Shown here: positions 9,459-20,700 of the stretch, in pieces
Layout: each line of letters starts with the position of its first letter
How positions within the stretch are numbered: the first letter of the stretch is position 1
From: an uncultured Acidimicrobiales bacterium
GTDB taxonomy: Bacteria > Actinomycetota > Acidimicrobiia > Acidimicrobiales > SZUA-35
NCBI GenBank assembly: GCA_937922045.1
Contig: CAKZXA010000004.1
Coordinates: 42,878-106,877 of the forward strand
Direction: 5' to 3'
DNA: 64,000 bases
Program-made: the position numbers and the translations under genes
The notes under the pieces: model-generated
Databases searched by the model: none
The model's input: only the letters and a program-made list of their open reading frames with translations
Told to the model about the DNA's origin: nothing

Positions 9459-10618
9459 CCTTCGATCCCTACGAGTTCGAACGGCTGAAGGCCGAAACAA
9501 TGAACGAGCTTGACGAAGCCGACCGCGCCAGCGGTGTCGAGCCCGATCCAGCCGCCCCTCACATAGGACAATCGGCTGTGCCTCCACTCACGCCGCCCCA
9601 GTCGGCGCAGGCACCTCAGCCGCCGCCGATGCAGGCTCTCCCCCAACGACGCCTGTGCCGGGCCCCCAACACGTCGGGTGCCGGTGTTGCCATGGGGCTC
9701 GCCCAGTACCTCGACCTCGATGTTGTCATCGTTCGATTGATATTCATTCTGTCAACCGTGTTCACAGGCGGGGCTGGCTTGCTCGTTTACCTCGCGGCAT
9801 CGATCATCGTGCCGAAAGCCGACGTGTGGCCGCCGGCTCCATCGGTGGCGCCGTTGAACTGGCGCGAGCCTATGCGCAACGATCGTAACGCTGTGGCCTT
9901 GGCCATAGCCGCGGCTCTGGCGGTGGTGGTCGCCCTCTCCGGCTCCGGGCCGACCCAGCTGATCCTGGCCGTCGTTCTCGTCGTCGGCGGCGTCTGGCTA
10001 CTCAATGACCAGCCCGACTCTTCGGCACCTTTCGCTGGCACCGCGCCCCAGCCCCCACCGTATGCCGCACCCACGTATGCCGCACCCACCTATGGCGGCC
10101 CCGGCTATGGGACCGCAGCTCCTGGCGGCCCAGCGCTCAACGCTGCTGGTCACGGCATTCCAGCGCCTCCAAACGCGGTCCCAACCCACCGACACCGCCG
10201 ACGGTTTCGACCCTTCCGAGCTATGGCCGCCGTCGGGCTCCTACTCCTCGGCCTCGCCGCGGTGGCGGGCACGACCATCGACTTCAGCGACTTCAGCGTC
10301 GGTGAAGTAACGCTCAGCCCCAGTTCGGTAACCGACATCGAGCGAACCATCACCTTGAGCGCAGGCGAAGTCAACCTCGACCTGTCCGGCCTTACGAAGA
10401 GCGAACTCGTCGAAGACGCTCCACACCGGATTTCCGTGTCGGTCGGCGCAGGCGAAGCCTCGATCATCACGCCGAAAGACGTTCCCGTTGAGATCACCAC
10501 CGATATTGGCGTCGGGTCGCTCGACAATGACGTCGACCAGCCCGATGGCGATGAAGAACCCCTCATCATTCTGGACATCTCCGTTGGCGCTGGCGATATC
10601 AGCGTTACGAGCGACTAG
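9455..10618 (+). CDS. PspC-domain membrane protein with a C-terminal LiaF/toast-rack-like domain
   Basis: AGVAMGLAQYLDLDVVIVRL; TM helices; AGEVNLDLS...GAGEASI...GAGDISV; ATGA overlap. Confidence 0.85.
   Translation: MTFDPYEFERLKAETMNELDEADRASGVEPDPAAPHIGQSAVPPLTPPQSAQAPQPPPMQALPQRRLCRAPNTSGAGVAMGLAQYLDLDVVIVRLIFILSTVFTGGAGLLVYLAASIIVPKADVWPPAPSVAPLNWREPMRNDRNAVALAIAAALAVVVALSGSGPTQLILAVVLVVGGVWLLNDQPDSSAPFAGTAPQPPPYAAPTYAAPTYGGPGYGTAAPGGPALNAAGHGIPAPPNAVPTHRHRRRFRPFRAMAAVGLLLLGLAAVAGTTIDFSDFSVGEVTLSPSSVTDIERTITLSAGEVNLDLSGLTKSELVEDAPHRISVSVGAGEASIITPKDVPVEITTDIGVGSLDNDVDQPDGDEEPLIILDISVGAGDISVTSD
10061..10120 (+). repeat. Degenerate 15-bp coding repeat (YAAPT YAAPT YGGPG YGTAA)
   Basis: tatgccgcacccacg tatgccgcacccacc tatggcggccccggc tatgggaccgcagct. 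Confidence 0.7.
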
Positions 10619-10624
10619 CCGATC

Positions 10625-11839
10625 TTAGGAATCGGTCTGGTGACGGCGCAGCTCACGACGAGCGATAACCATGCGATGGACCTCATCCGGACCATCAGCG
10701 ATCCGCAAGGATCGCAGGCTGGCATACCAGTTGGCCAATGGCGTGTCGTCGGAAACCCCGGCCGCTCCATGAACCTGGATGGCCCGGTCGACGATGCTAC
10801 AGGCAGCCTCGAGCACGTGAACCTTGAGCAGCGACATGGTGGGAGCTGCCGCCTTGTCCCCCTCATTATCCATTAGCCAGGCGGTACGCAGGGTGAGCAA
10901 CCGCGCCGCCTCGATCTGGATTCGGGCATCGGCCACCCAGTCCATCACGTTTGATCGAGTGGAGACCAAGGCCCCAAAGGTCGATCGTTGCTGCGCTCGC
11001 TGGCACATGAGAGCCAGCGCAGCCTCAGCGATTCCGATGCTTCGCATACAGTGCTGAACCCGGGCAGGACCGAGCCGAGCCTGTCCGATGGCGAAGCCAC
11101 CGCCGACCTGGCCCAGCAGCGCCGAATCGGGTAGGCGCACCTGGTCGAAATCCAACTCAGCGTGCCCGTGGCCGACGTCGAAGTAGCCGAACTTCGGAAG
11201 GTCGCGCACGACGGTGAGGCCGGGGGTGTCTCGCGGAACGATGAAGACCGAGTGTCGACCGTGGCGGCCAGACGAAGCGCTGGTGTCGGTAGTGGCCAGC
11301 ACCATCAGGTACGCACAGGAAGGGTGCATCACGCCACTGATGTACCACTTGCGGCCGTTGAGAACCCAGCCATCAGCGACCGGTGAAGCCTCCATGGCAA
11401 TGTTGGAGGCGTCGCTCGACGCTGTGTCGGGCTCGGTCATGGCGAAGGCCGACCGGATCATGCCGTCGAGCTGGGGTCGAAGCCAGCGCTCTTTTTGCTC
11501 GTCCGAACCGTAGATCAACAGGGCATCGGCGTTGATGCTGCTGGGAGCATCACAGTTCAACGCCTCCTGCGCTACTCGGCTTGTTCCCAACATCTCGGCT
11601 AGCGGCGCGTAATCGACAAAGCTCAGCCCCGGGCCGCAGTCTGGATCGCGCACGCACAGGTTCCACAAACCAGCCGACTTGGCCTCGGTCTTGAGATGTT
11701 CAAGCGTGGCCGAAACGGTTCCGGGTTCGGCCGCTATCTCTTCGGCCACCCTCCCCTCGGCCGGTGTTATCACCTCGTCGAGAAAGGACCGGAGTTCTCT
11801 GGCATAGCCTGACGACCTCGTCGATTGGGTGAAGTCCAT
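10625..11839 (-). CDS. Acyl-CoA dehydrogenase (ACAD10/11, FadE2-like)
   Basis: RSAFAMTEPD..SSDASN, QARLGPARVQHCMR, LRIADGPDEVH. Confidence 0.95.
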   Translation of the reverse strand: MDFTQSTRSSGYARELRSFLDEVITPAEGRVAEEIAAEPGTVSATLEHLKTEAKSAGLWNLCVRDPDCGPGLSFVDYAPLAEMLGTSRVAQEALNCDAPSSINADALLIYGSDEQKERWLRPQLDGMIRSAFAMTEPDTASSDASNIAMEASPVADGWVLNGRKWYISGVMHPSCAYLMVLATTDTSASSGRHGRHSVFIVPRDTPGLTVVRDLPKFGYFDVGHGHAELDFDQVRLPDSALLGQVGGGFAIGQARLGPARVQHCMRSIGIAEAALALMCQRAQQRSTFGALVSTRSNVMDWVADARIQIEAARLLTLRTAWLMDNEGDKAAAPTMSLLKVHVLEAACSIVDRAIQVHGAAGVSDDTPLANWYASLRSLRIADGPDEVHRMVIARRELRRHQTDS

Positions 11840-11860
11840 CTCAATGCCTGACTCGCGGCC

Positions 11861-12904
11861 TCATACTACCGCTAGCTGAGTGATCGGTTGACCCGCCAAC
11901 GTGGGACCTGAGGTATGCAGATGGCATCGCACCCAACCACCGTCGTCGAGTGGAAACGGATCGGGGAACTGGGTTGAGCAGATGTCCAGTGCATGAGGGC
12001 ACCGCTCGGCAAAGGGGCACGACTCCGTCGGCGCGCTGCCCGATGCGCCTAGCTCGCCTCCTACCGTCAGCTCACGCCGACGTCGGCTCTTCAAGGGTTG
12101 AAGCTTCGGGTCAGGGTCCGGGATCGAGGCCAGCAGGAGCTCCGTGTAGGGATGCCGCGGCTCCTCACAGAGCCGATCCGCCTCACCGGTCTCGACGATG
12201 CGGCTGTGATACATCACCGCTATCCGATCGGAGATATGACGCACGACGGCCAGGTCGTGAGCGATGAAGAGGTAGGCGGCACCGGTCTCGTCCTGCAACC
12301 GCTCCAGCAAATTGATGACCTGGCTCTGCGTCGACACATCCAGGGCGGAGACCGGCTCGTCCAGCACCAGTAGTTCTGGTTCGGTGGCGAGCGCTCGAGC
12401 CACCGCTATTCGCTGGCGCTGCCCGCCCGAGAACTCATAGGGATAGCGCTCCAGATGGTGTGCCTCCAGGCCAACGCTGATCAGCAACTCGGCGGCTCGA
12501 GCTTGGCGGGCCGCCCGGTCGAGGCCGAAGTGGAGCTGTAGGGGCTCGCCAACGATTTGGCCGACCGTCATCGAGGGGTTCAGCGACCCGACCGGGTCCT
12601 GAAAGACCACCTGGACCGCCCGTCGATAGGCGGCGGGAACGCTGCGGCCAAAGCCGGTCACGTCGAAATCACCAAACCGGATCGTGCCCGATGCTGGCTG
12701 GATGAACTGCAGTACGGCGCGCCCGATCGTGGTCTTTCCCGACCCCGACTCGCCAACCAAGCCCAACGTCTCTCCTCGCCCGATCGACAAGGATGCGCCC
12801 TGAACCGCCTTGACGTCGGACTGTCGTTGCCACGGCCACTGGCCCCGGCCACCGGGAAAGGTGATGGCAAGGTCGCTGATCTCCAACAGTGGACGTTCAG
12901 TCAT
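11861..12904 (-). CDS. Oligopeptide/dipeptide ABC ATP-binding protein (OppF-like)
   Basis: Start MTERPLL; GESGSGKT, FSGGQRQR, HPYT, C-terminal CPFAERCP. Confidence 0.93.
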   Translation of the reverse strand: MTERPLLEISDLAITFPGGRGQWPWQRQSDVKAVQGASLSIGRGETLGLVGESGSGKTTIGRAVLQFIQPASGTIRFGDFDVTGFGRSVPAAYRRAVQVVFQDPVGSLNPSMTVGQIVGEPLQLHFGLDRAARQARAAELLISVGLEAHHLERYPYEFSGGQRQRIAVARALATEPELLVLDEPVSALDVSTQSQVINLLERLQDETGAAYLFIAHDLAVVRHISDRIAVMYHSRIVETGEADRLCEEPRHPYTELLLASIPDPDPKLQPLKSRRRRELTVGGELGASGSAPTESCPFAERCPHALDICSTQFPDPFPLDDGGWVRCHLHTSGPTLAGQPITQLAVV

Positions 12905-14951
12905 AACGCGGCACCTCCTCGGTGGCCTTCGAGGTTTCGCCCGGATTTTGGAACGCTGCGGCCCCACCGATGCCGAGCACGACCGACTCGTTGGCCACAC
13001 CGTCGAGGTCGAGCTCCTCGGCCCGCACACAACGCGTCAACGAGTGCCCAGCGGGCTGCAACTCGATTGGTTGGTCGCAGCGCTCGTCGGCGTAATCGCA
13101 GCGAGGAGCGAAGTGACAGCCTGTTGGCCATTGCCACGGAGGCGGCACGACGCCAGGGATCGTGGCCAGCTCAGAGCTTCGGTTCTCATTGCGAGGAATC
13201 GCCCTGATCATCCCTTCGGTGTAGGGGTGGTTCGGCTCATGGAAGACCTCGGCCAAGCGCCCGGTCTCCACAATCTGACCGGCATACATGACCGCCACCC
13301 GATCGGCTAGGTCGGCAACAACGCCAAGATCATGGGTGATCAGAAGGACCGAGACCCCGAGCTCTTCGGACAGCTCACCGAGCAGATCGAGAACCTGGCC
13401 CTGCACGGTTACGTCGAGGGCGGTTGTCGGTTCATCGGCGATCAACAGCTTGGGCCGACAGGCCAAGGCCATAGCGATAACGACCCGTTGAGCCATGCCT
13501 CCGGAGAACTGGTGAGGGTAGGCATCTATGCGGACCTCTGGGTTCGGGATGCCAACGCGAGTCATCAACTCGATCGTCCGTTGCCTGGCCGCCGACTTGC
13601 TCAGGCCAAGGTGGTGTCGTAACGGCTCACTGATCTGACGCCCCACCGTGTAGGCCGGATTCAGTGCCGCCGACGGCTCCTGAGAAATGAGACCGATCTC
13701 CTTGCCGCGAATCGACCGCAGCTCATCGAAGTCTTTGCCGACGAGTTCTTCACCGTCGAACATGATGGAGGAGGCCGACGCCTGGCCTGGGTCAGGCACA
13801 AGACCGAGCAAGGAAAGAGCCGAAATCGATTTGCCAGAACCCGACTCTCCTACCAGCGCCAAGACCTCGCCATGGGCGATGTCGAAATTCACGCCCTGCA
13901 CAACAGCAACATCTTCGCTGGTCCCGGGGCGAGGGAAGTGAACCGAGAGATCCCGCACCGAAACGATGCTGTCTCGCGAGGGGCCAGCACCGGAGGCTGG
14001 AGCCCGAACCACGTCGCCAACGCCGACACGACCACCACGAGCTTCTCGGCCAAACGCATCGCGGAGTCCGTCACCCAACACGTTGAACGCCACAACCGTC
14101 ACGAAGATAGCCAAACCGGGTGGGATGGCCGGCCAGATGGCCCGGTTGATATTGGTCTTTGCGTTGTTCAGCATCAAGCCCCAACTGACCTGGTCCTGAT
14201 TGGCGCCTAGGCCAAGAAAACTCAGGGCCGCCTCCGCCAGCACCGACTGAGCGAACAGCAGCGTGGTCTGCACGATCAAGGCCGGGGCGATGTTTGGCAA
14301 GATATGGCGGAACATGATGCGTCGGTTGGAGGCTCCCGACGCCCTGGCCCCGTCGACGTAGAGTTCTTCGCGTGCGGCGAAGACCTCGGCCCTGGTGAGC
14401 CGGGTGATGACCATCGAATAGACGATGCCGATGGCGAACATGGCCTTCACGAGGCCCGGTCCAACCACCGCGATGATGGCGATAGCGAGCACGACAGCCG
14501 GGATGGCGACCAGGGTCTCCACAAACCGCATTATGATGCGATCGACCCAGCCGCGGAAATAGCCGATGAGCAGACCGAGCGGAATGCCGATCCCCAAGGC
14601 AACCGTGCACGCAATCAGCCCGGCCAGCAGGGCATAGCGACCGCCGTAGACGATACGGGTAAGGATGTCTCGACCCACCGCGTCGGTACCCAGCCAGTAG
14701 TCGCCGCTCGGCGGTTTGAAGAAGTCGGAAAAGTTCGTGGCCTGGTTCGGATCGTGACCGGTGATGAAGGGCGCCAACAACACCGAGCAAACAGCCAAGA
14801 CCATGAGAAAGCCAGCAGCAGCGAGCGCTACCTTGTTTCGCTTGAAACGAATCCAGAAGCGGTTTTTGCCGTCCCCAGCGTCACCGTCTTCGAGCCCTGA
14901 GCCATCAGCGGGCGGGATCGGCTCGGCAACGAGAAGTTCGATCTCGCTCAT
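12897..14951 (-). CDS. Fused OppC-like permease plus OppD-like ATPase
   Basis: LGTDAVGRDILTRI, EAALSFLGLG, then GESGSGKS, FSGGMAQR, CHFAPRC. Confidence 0.93.
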   Translation of the reverse strand: MSEIELLVAEPIPPADGSGLEDGDAGDGKNRFWIRFKRNKVALAAAGFLMVLAVCSVLLAPFITGHDPNQATNFSDFFKPPSGDYWLGTDAVGRDILTRIVYGGRYALLAGLIACTVALGIGIPLGLLIGYFRGWVDRIIMRFVETLVAIPAVVLAIAIIAVVGPGLVKAMFAIGIVYSMVITRLTRAEVFAAREELYVDGARASGASNRRIMFRHILPNIAPALIVQTTLLFAQSVLAEAALSFLGLGANQDQVSWGLMLNNAKTNINRAIWPAIPPGLAIFVTVVAFNVLGDGLRDAFGREARGGRVGVGDVVRAPASGAGPSRDSIVSVRDLSVHFPRPGTSEDVAVVQGVNFDIAHGEVLALVGESGSGKSISALSLLGLVPDPGQASASSIMFDGEELVGKDFDELRSIRGKEIGLISQEPSAALNPAYTVGRQISEPLRHHLGLSKSAARQRTIELMTRVGIPNPEVRIDAYPHQFSGGMAQRVVIAMALACRPKLLIADEPTTALDVTVQGQVLDLLGELSEELGVSVLLITHDLGVVADLADRVAVMYAGQIVETGRLAEVFHEPNHPYTEGMIRAIPRNENRSSELATIPGVVPPPWQWPTGCHFAPRCDYADERCDQPIELQPAGHSLTRCVRAEELDLDGVANESVVLGIGGAAAFQNPGETSKATEEVPRYD

Positions 14952-15889
14952 TTGCGCACCTTAGGATTGAGCCAGGCGTAGCTCATGTCCAGCAAGATGT
15001 TGGCCACGACGACAACGAATGTCGTGATCATCACAAAGCCCAGGGTGACAGGCACATTCTTTCGGAGTACGGAATCGACGCCAGCGGTGCCAAGCCCCGG
15101 AACGTTGAAGATGAACTCTACGAAGATGGCGCCACCGATCAGGGCGGAAAGCTGGAACCCGACCAGTGTGACGACCGGGATCGCCGCGTTGCGAAGAGCA
15201 TGGCGAAACAGCACTCGTCGAACGGGAAGGCCCTTGGCCAAGGCGGTGCGAATGTAGTCTTGCTGCAGCACGCCGATCATCGACGATCGAGTCTGGCGGG
15301 CGATCGCGGCCGAAGAGGCTGTGCCTAGGGCGATACAGGGCAGCACGATGCTGTACAGCCAACCGCCGAGGGTTTCGGTTCGCTCCCCGGTCCAGATAGC
15401 GGGGAACCATCCAAGCTTGACGGCGAAGACCGCAGCCAGAATTAGGGCAACCCAGAAATTGGGGACGGCGATGCCAAGCGAGGACGTCACGGTGATCAGA
15501 CGATCCTGCCAGCGACCGGCCTTGATCGCCGCCATCACCCCGAGACTTACCCCGAGCGTCAGAGCGATCAGCAATGAACCGAACACGATCGAGAAGGTAA
15601 CGTTGGCTCGGCGGATCAGCTCGGTGGTCACCGATTCCCCGGTGAACCACGACTCACCCAGGTCGCCTCGCACCGCGCTCGACAACCAATCGAAGTACTG
15701 CTCCAAAACCGGCCGATCAAGGCCGAGTTCGGCCCGTTTGGCTGCAATGGTTTCGAGGTTGACGTCGTCACCGAGCAAGGCGGCTGTCGGATCGACGGGG
15801 TTCAGCTGCGACATGAAGAAAACGATGGTTCCCACGCCGAGCATCAGCGGAATCGCTGCCGCCAGCCGCACGAGTAGCAATCTGAACAA
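14948..15889 (-). CDS. Oligopeptide ABC permease (OppB-like)
   Basis: GDLGES, DYIRTALAKGL, HALRNA, LNPKVR. Confidence 0.93.
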   Translation of the reverse strand: MFRLLLVRLAAAIPLMLGVGTIVFFMSQLNPVDPTAALLGDDVNLETIAAKRAELGLDRPVLEQYFDWLSSAVRGDLGESWFTGESVTTELIRRANVTFSIVFGSLLIALTLGVSLGVMAAIKAGRWQDRLITVTSSLGIAVPNFWVALILAAVFAVKLGWFPAIWTGERTETLGGWLYSIVLPCIALGTASSAAIARQTRSSMIGVLQQDYIRTALAKGLPVRRVLFRHALRNAAIPVVTLVGFQLSALIGGAIFVEFIFNVPGLGTAGVDSVLRKNVPVTLGFVMITTFVVVVANILLDMSYAWLNPKVRK

Positions 15890-15915
15890 ACGCCTACTCC
15901 CCTCGAAACGTCACG

Positions 15916-15948
15916 ACCCGCCGACGGCCGCAAGGGCCGTCGGCGGGT
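15916..15948 (-). terminator. 14-bp hairpin directly after the OppA-like gene
   Basis: acccgccgacggcc-gcaag-ggccgtcggcgggt perfect inverted repeat; no U-tract. Confidence 0.65.
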
Positions 15949-15970
15949 TGCAACATCAGACCCTCGTCAA

Positions 15971-17617
15971 CTAGCCCTCGACGCGAACACCGTAGGGCAT
16001 AGGGGCCTGCATATTCAGACCCATCGTGACCCCCGTTACGTTCGGGGCGTGGAAGCCGTTCTGGCCACCATGAGCCAGCGGAATCAGAATGCCCCGCTCG
16101 ACGAGCTGAACGACCGCCTCGGCGTACATCGGCCGAGCCTCGGCCGGGCTCTTCGTGGCAGCCTCGGCGAGAAGATCGGCGATGTCTTTGGTGTCCGCCG
16201 CTCCAAACACATCGTAGGTGCCGCCCTCGACGAACTTCGGCAGGTCGTTGGCGGGGTGATAGAGCAGGTCGCGGAACCAGGAGATGCCCCAGTCGCCTTG
16301 ACGGGTTCGGGGGCCGAGCTCGCCATTGTTGATCTGGATGATCTCAACGTCGATACCGGTCGCGCCCAGCATCTGAATCGTCAAATCCATGTGAGGCTGG
16401 ATCGCTGGCATGACCGGCATCTGCACCGTCACCCCGTCCGGATACCCAGCCTCGGCCAGGAGGGTCTTCGCCTGGTCCGGATCATAGGTCATCAGTTCAT
16501 TGAGTTCAGGTGAGTGCCAATCCCCAAAGGCTGGAGGGTAAACGCCGCCTAGCGAGTCGCCCTTGCCCGAGTGAATGCCGTTGTTGTAGGCATCTCGATC
16601 GATCGACAGGGCAATAGCTCGTCGTACGTTCTCATCGGCCAGCGGCTCATCGATCGACCCGTCGCGGCCGGTGATAACGATGTACGGGAAGTAGTTCGGT
16701 ACCGCAACCAGGGTGTTGCCGGCGGCCAACAGATCGTCGACCTGAGCGTCGCGGGTGGTGGCCATGATGTCGGCATCGCCGGTGAGCAAGGCATTGGCTC
16801 GCGCATTGTTGTCGGGGACGGCGGTGACGATGATCTTTTCCACGCCCTGGTCGGCGGGATTCCAGTAGTCGGCGTTGAGATCGTAGGCTTCGGTGACACC
16901 AGCTTCGGACTCAGCTTCGTTCCAGATCCATGGCCCGGACCCCTGAGGGTTACGGGTGAGGTCGGCGTCGAGCGATGCCGGGCTGACCATCATGCCCATC
17001 ACCATCGACATCTGCATGGGGAACTGGGGTTGGGGGGTGTCGAAACTCACGGTGAGCTCATGCTCGCCGCTCGCTTCAGCGCCGCTCATGCCGACCCAGG
17101 TCGCAGCGTTGGGGTTACCCTCGCTTGCCTTGGCCCGCTCCATGTTGGCAGCAGCAACCTCAGCCGTAAATGCCTCACCATCGTGGAAGGTCACATCGTC
17201 GCGAAGCTCAAAGACCCACGTATTGGGGTCGGGCTGCGTCCACGATGTGGCCAGCGCTGGTTCCAACCCGAACTCACTATTCTGGCGGGTCAGGGTGTCG
17301 TAGACCGGGTAGAGGTAGGCGCTCTGCGCTGTTTGTGCTCCGGCTGGATCGAACGTGGTAACCGGCGAGAACTCGACAAAGCGAAGCGTGCCGCTGGCGG
17401 CCGCCGTCTCCTCCGGTTCGGGTTCCTCTTCTTCCTCGGCCTCTGAATCGCCGACCGTTGTCGAGATCGCAGCCGCCGTCGTCGGCGTCGTTTCCGCCGA
17501 CTCATCGGCGTCGGTTGTTTCGGTGTCGTCATCGCCGGATCCACAGGCTGATGCCAGCAGGGCGATGGTGAAGACCATCGTCAAAAGACGACGCCATCGG
17601 GAAGTTGCTACGAACAC
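15971..17617 (-). CDS. ABC substrate-binding lipoprotein, family 5 (OppA/DppA-like)
   Basis: GTG after AGGGGG; lipobox LLASAC; VYDTL, LRDDVTFHDG, VRRAIALSIDR. Confidence 0.92.
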   Translation of the reverse strand: MFVATSRWRRLLTMVFTIALLASACGSGDDDTETTDADESAETTPTTAAAISTTVGDSEAEEEEEPEPEETAAASGTLRFVEFSPVTTFDPAGAQTAQSAYLYPVYDTLTRQNSEFGLEPALATSWTQPDPNTWVFELRDDVTFHDGEAFTAEVAAANMERAKASEGNPNAATWVGMSGAEASGEHELTVSFDTPQPQFPMQMSMVMGMMVSPASLDADLTRNPQGSGPWIWNEAESEAGVTEAYDLNADYWNPADQGVEKIIVTAVPDNNARANALLTGDADIMATTRDAQVDDLLAAGNTLVAVPNYFPYIVITGRDGSIDEPLADENVRRAIALSIDRDAYNNGIHSGKGDSLGGVYPPAFGDWHSPELNELMTYDPDQAKTLLAEAGYPDGVTVQMPVMPAIQPHMDLTIQMLGATGIDVEIIQINNGELGPRTRQGDWGISWFRDLLYHPANDLPKFVEGGTYDVFGAADTKDIADLLAEAATKSPAEARPMYAEAVVQLVERGILIPLAHGGQNGFHAPNVTGVTMGLNMQAPMPYGVRVEG

Positions 17618-17757
17618 GAGATTCCCCCCTCGTTGTTGTTTCGACAGACAGATTGTTGTCGCGGTTGTTTGCAACGACATTAGGCACAGCCCGGTCGGTG
17701 CAGCAAAACCAATCGAGCAGCAAACCTGGAGCGCAGCCAACGGTGATTGCAGGCAAC

Positions 17758-20700
17758 CTAGAGTTCAGAGCGTAGAGCGATGACCCTTCGGCGATAGAGC
17801 TCAATTCTCTGAAGCTTGAGGTCTTCATAGCCACGAATAGCAAGCGGAGCCTCCGCCAGCTCAGCGAGGACGGCGAGTCGTTGGGGTCCGGCGGCGTCGG
17901 CGTGAACCAGGGCCGTCTTCATGAACGCCTCATACTCGTCGACCAGCTCGCGTTCGAGCTTGCGTAGATGGTTCCGACCAAACGGATCGAGGCGCGTGCC
18001 GCGCAAGCGCTTGGCCTTGGCCAGCACGACGAAGGCCGGACTGGCGGCCGACGGCACCCGAACCTTGTTCTCGAGGCCGAGAGCCTTCAACAATGGTGGA
18101 TGGAGGTGCCAGCGAAGTTTCGTGCCCTTCGGCACCGGCAACGCGCCTTCCAGCAACATCAGTCTCGCAACCTCGTATTCGTCCTTGTACGCCATCAGCT
18201 TGTGGAACCCTCTGGCGACGCTCATAGCGAGATCGTTGTCGCCGGCGGTGAGAGCGAGATCAACAAGATCGAGGTAGCGCCCCGCGTAAGCTTCGTCCTG
18301 GTAAGCGACGAGATCTGCAACCCGAGTGGTCAAAGATCGAGCATCGTCGACGCCAAACTGGGCGCCCTCGATTGCTGCATTCGTGCGGCTCAGAAGGGCT
18401 GGGGACAAGGCTGGGGCTGCACTCGGCGCACCAGAGGATCCCGACGCCGAGGCCGAGGCGAGCACCGCCTCCACCGCCTCGCGGTCGCTGGCGTAGCGTC
18501 GGCCCCATTCCAAGGCCGCAAGGTTTGCCTCGACAGCCACACCGTTCAGCTCGATGGCCTTGCCAATCGATGCCCTATCGAGGGGTAGAAGGCCTGCCTG
18601 GAGAGCCACACCCAGCAAGCAGATATTGGCGGTCGCAGCCGATCCAACCAGATGCTGAGCAACAAGCGCTGTGTCGAACACCTCGACCGCATGGTCGGAC
18701 GCTGCGCCGAAGCGAGCTGCGTACGCTTCCATCGAATCCGCTTCCAACGTCGGGTTCACCACCTGGGCGCCGGTTGGTGGCCGTGATGCTGACGCCAGCA
18801 CCCGGGTCTGGGGGCCGACGGCGGTTAGCGCCCCATCGGCAGCCGCCACCATCTGATCGAAGGCGAGGACAACATCGGCTTGGCCCGTGCCAGCCAGATT
18901 CGACCCTGACACTGCTGACCCTGACACTGCTGATCCTGACACTGCTGATCCTGACACTGCCGACTCGGGACTGATGACAACATCGCTAACGACAGGGCCC
19001 GCTTTCTGGGAGAGACCGGTCTGGTCTAATCCAGCGACCTGGCGGCCAGCCAACATGGCCGCAGTGCTCAAGATCTGAGCCACCGTGACCACGCCGGTCC
19101 CACCGACACCGGCGAGACGGACGACCGCTCCCCCCGTACCGATCGGCGGTTCGGGGAGGGGCTCGTCGAGGAGGATCGAGCCGCCGTGGCCCAGATTGTT
19201 CACCGGGCCACCGGCGAGAGGATCAACCGCGAGATCGTCGACGTTGACGGTGACAAAAGCCGGACAATCACCGTGGAGACAGGACAGGTCGATGTTGCAG
19301 CTGGCTTGGTCGATCCGTGTCTTGCGGCCGAACTCGGTGTGCACAGGCTGCACGGAAAGGCAGCCGCTCACGTCGCCACAGTCGCCGCAGCCTTCACAAA
19401 TGCGATGGTTGATAAAGACCCGGGTCTTTGGCGTGTCGATCAGGCCACGCTTTCGATCGCGTCGCGTTTCGGCCGCACAACCTTGGTCGTTGATCAAGAT
19501 TGTTACACCATCGATGGCGGCTAGCTCTTGTTGGGCCTCAACGATGCGGGTCCGATCCATCACCGCGAGCAGTGGACGAAGGTCGTCGGGGAGGCGTAGA
19601 TTGCGGTAGCGCTCAACGTCCTCGGTGGTGATGATCACCCGCTTTGCTCCCTGCTGGAGCAAGATCGTAGCCATGGTTTGAGGCGTGACCTGATGCGAGG
19701 CATCTTGGCCTCCCGTCATGGCCACCGTGTGGTTGTAGAGGATCTTGAACGTCATTCTGGATCCAGCGCCGATGGCGGCCTGCACCGCGAGTTGCCCCGA
19801 ATGAAAGTAGGTTCCATCGCCCAGGTTCTGAACGATGTGTTCCGTCTCGACGAACGGCTCCATGCCAAGCCATTGCATGCCCTCGTTGCCCATCGCCGTG
19901 ACGCCTAGGCTGTCGCCGACACGCTCGGGATCCATGAGAAGACCCATGCCATGGCAACCGGTGCCCATGCCGACCACCGCGCCCTCATCAACCTTCATAC
20001 CCCAGCTGTGGGGGCACCCGGAGCAGAATGCGGGTGCCCGCACCACGGCTAGCGGAATCCGTTCTCTGGGCACGGGAGGCGGGGGGGCGAGCTCTTCACC
20101 GAGCAGGGGGAGCAGCTGACGACGAAGCGCCGGACTGATGACATCGGCATCAAGCCGGCCATGCGACGGTAGGAGACGCTCCCCGTCCAGATCGATCTTG
20201 CCAACGACGTCGGGCCGATGGCTATGGGTGTACAAGGCATCCCGCACCAGTCGCTCCAAGGTCGGGTTCTTTTCTTCGATGACAATGATGCGGTCCAACC
20301 CGGACGCAAACCGTCGGATGAGGCCAGCATCAAAAGGCAAGGGCATACGCAAATTCAGGAGCCGAATTCCGGCGCGGGCCACAGCAGCCTCACCCTCAAC
20401 GCCGAGGCGCCGCAAAGCTTCAACCGTTTCGCCGAAGGTGAAACCTGTGGCCAGCACGCCGAGCCGAGGACGTGGCGGATCGACAGCGATGCGGTTCAAA
20501 CCATTCTCGATGCCGTAGCGCAAGGCGAGCTCGGTACGCACCTCGTGAAATTCGCGCTCGACCTCGACCATCCTCGGACCAAGCAACTGAGCCGACGGTT
20601 GCGCCCGCCACTCAACCCCATCGATTGTGGTCGTCGGTCGAATCGGGTCGTTCAACAACACGGGCAACCCAACGGTTCCCGAGCCGTCGGCGACCGCGGT

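Noticed and set aside
18902..18961. Possible CRISPR-like array
   Set aside because: 15-bp units with no spacers, in frame within a CDS; no cas genes
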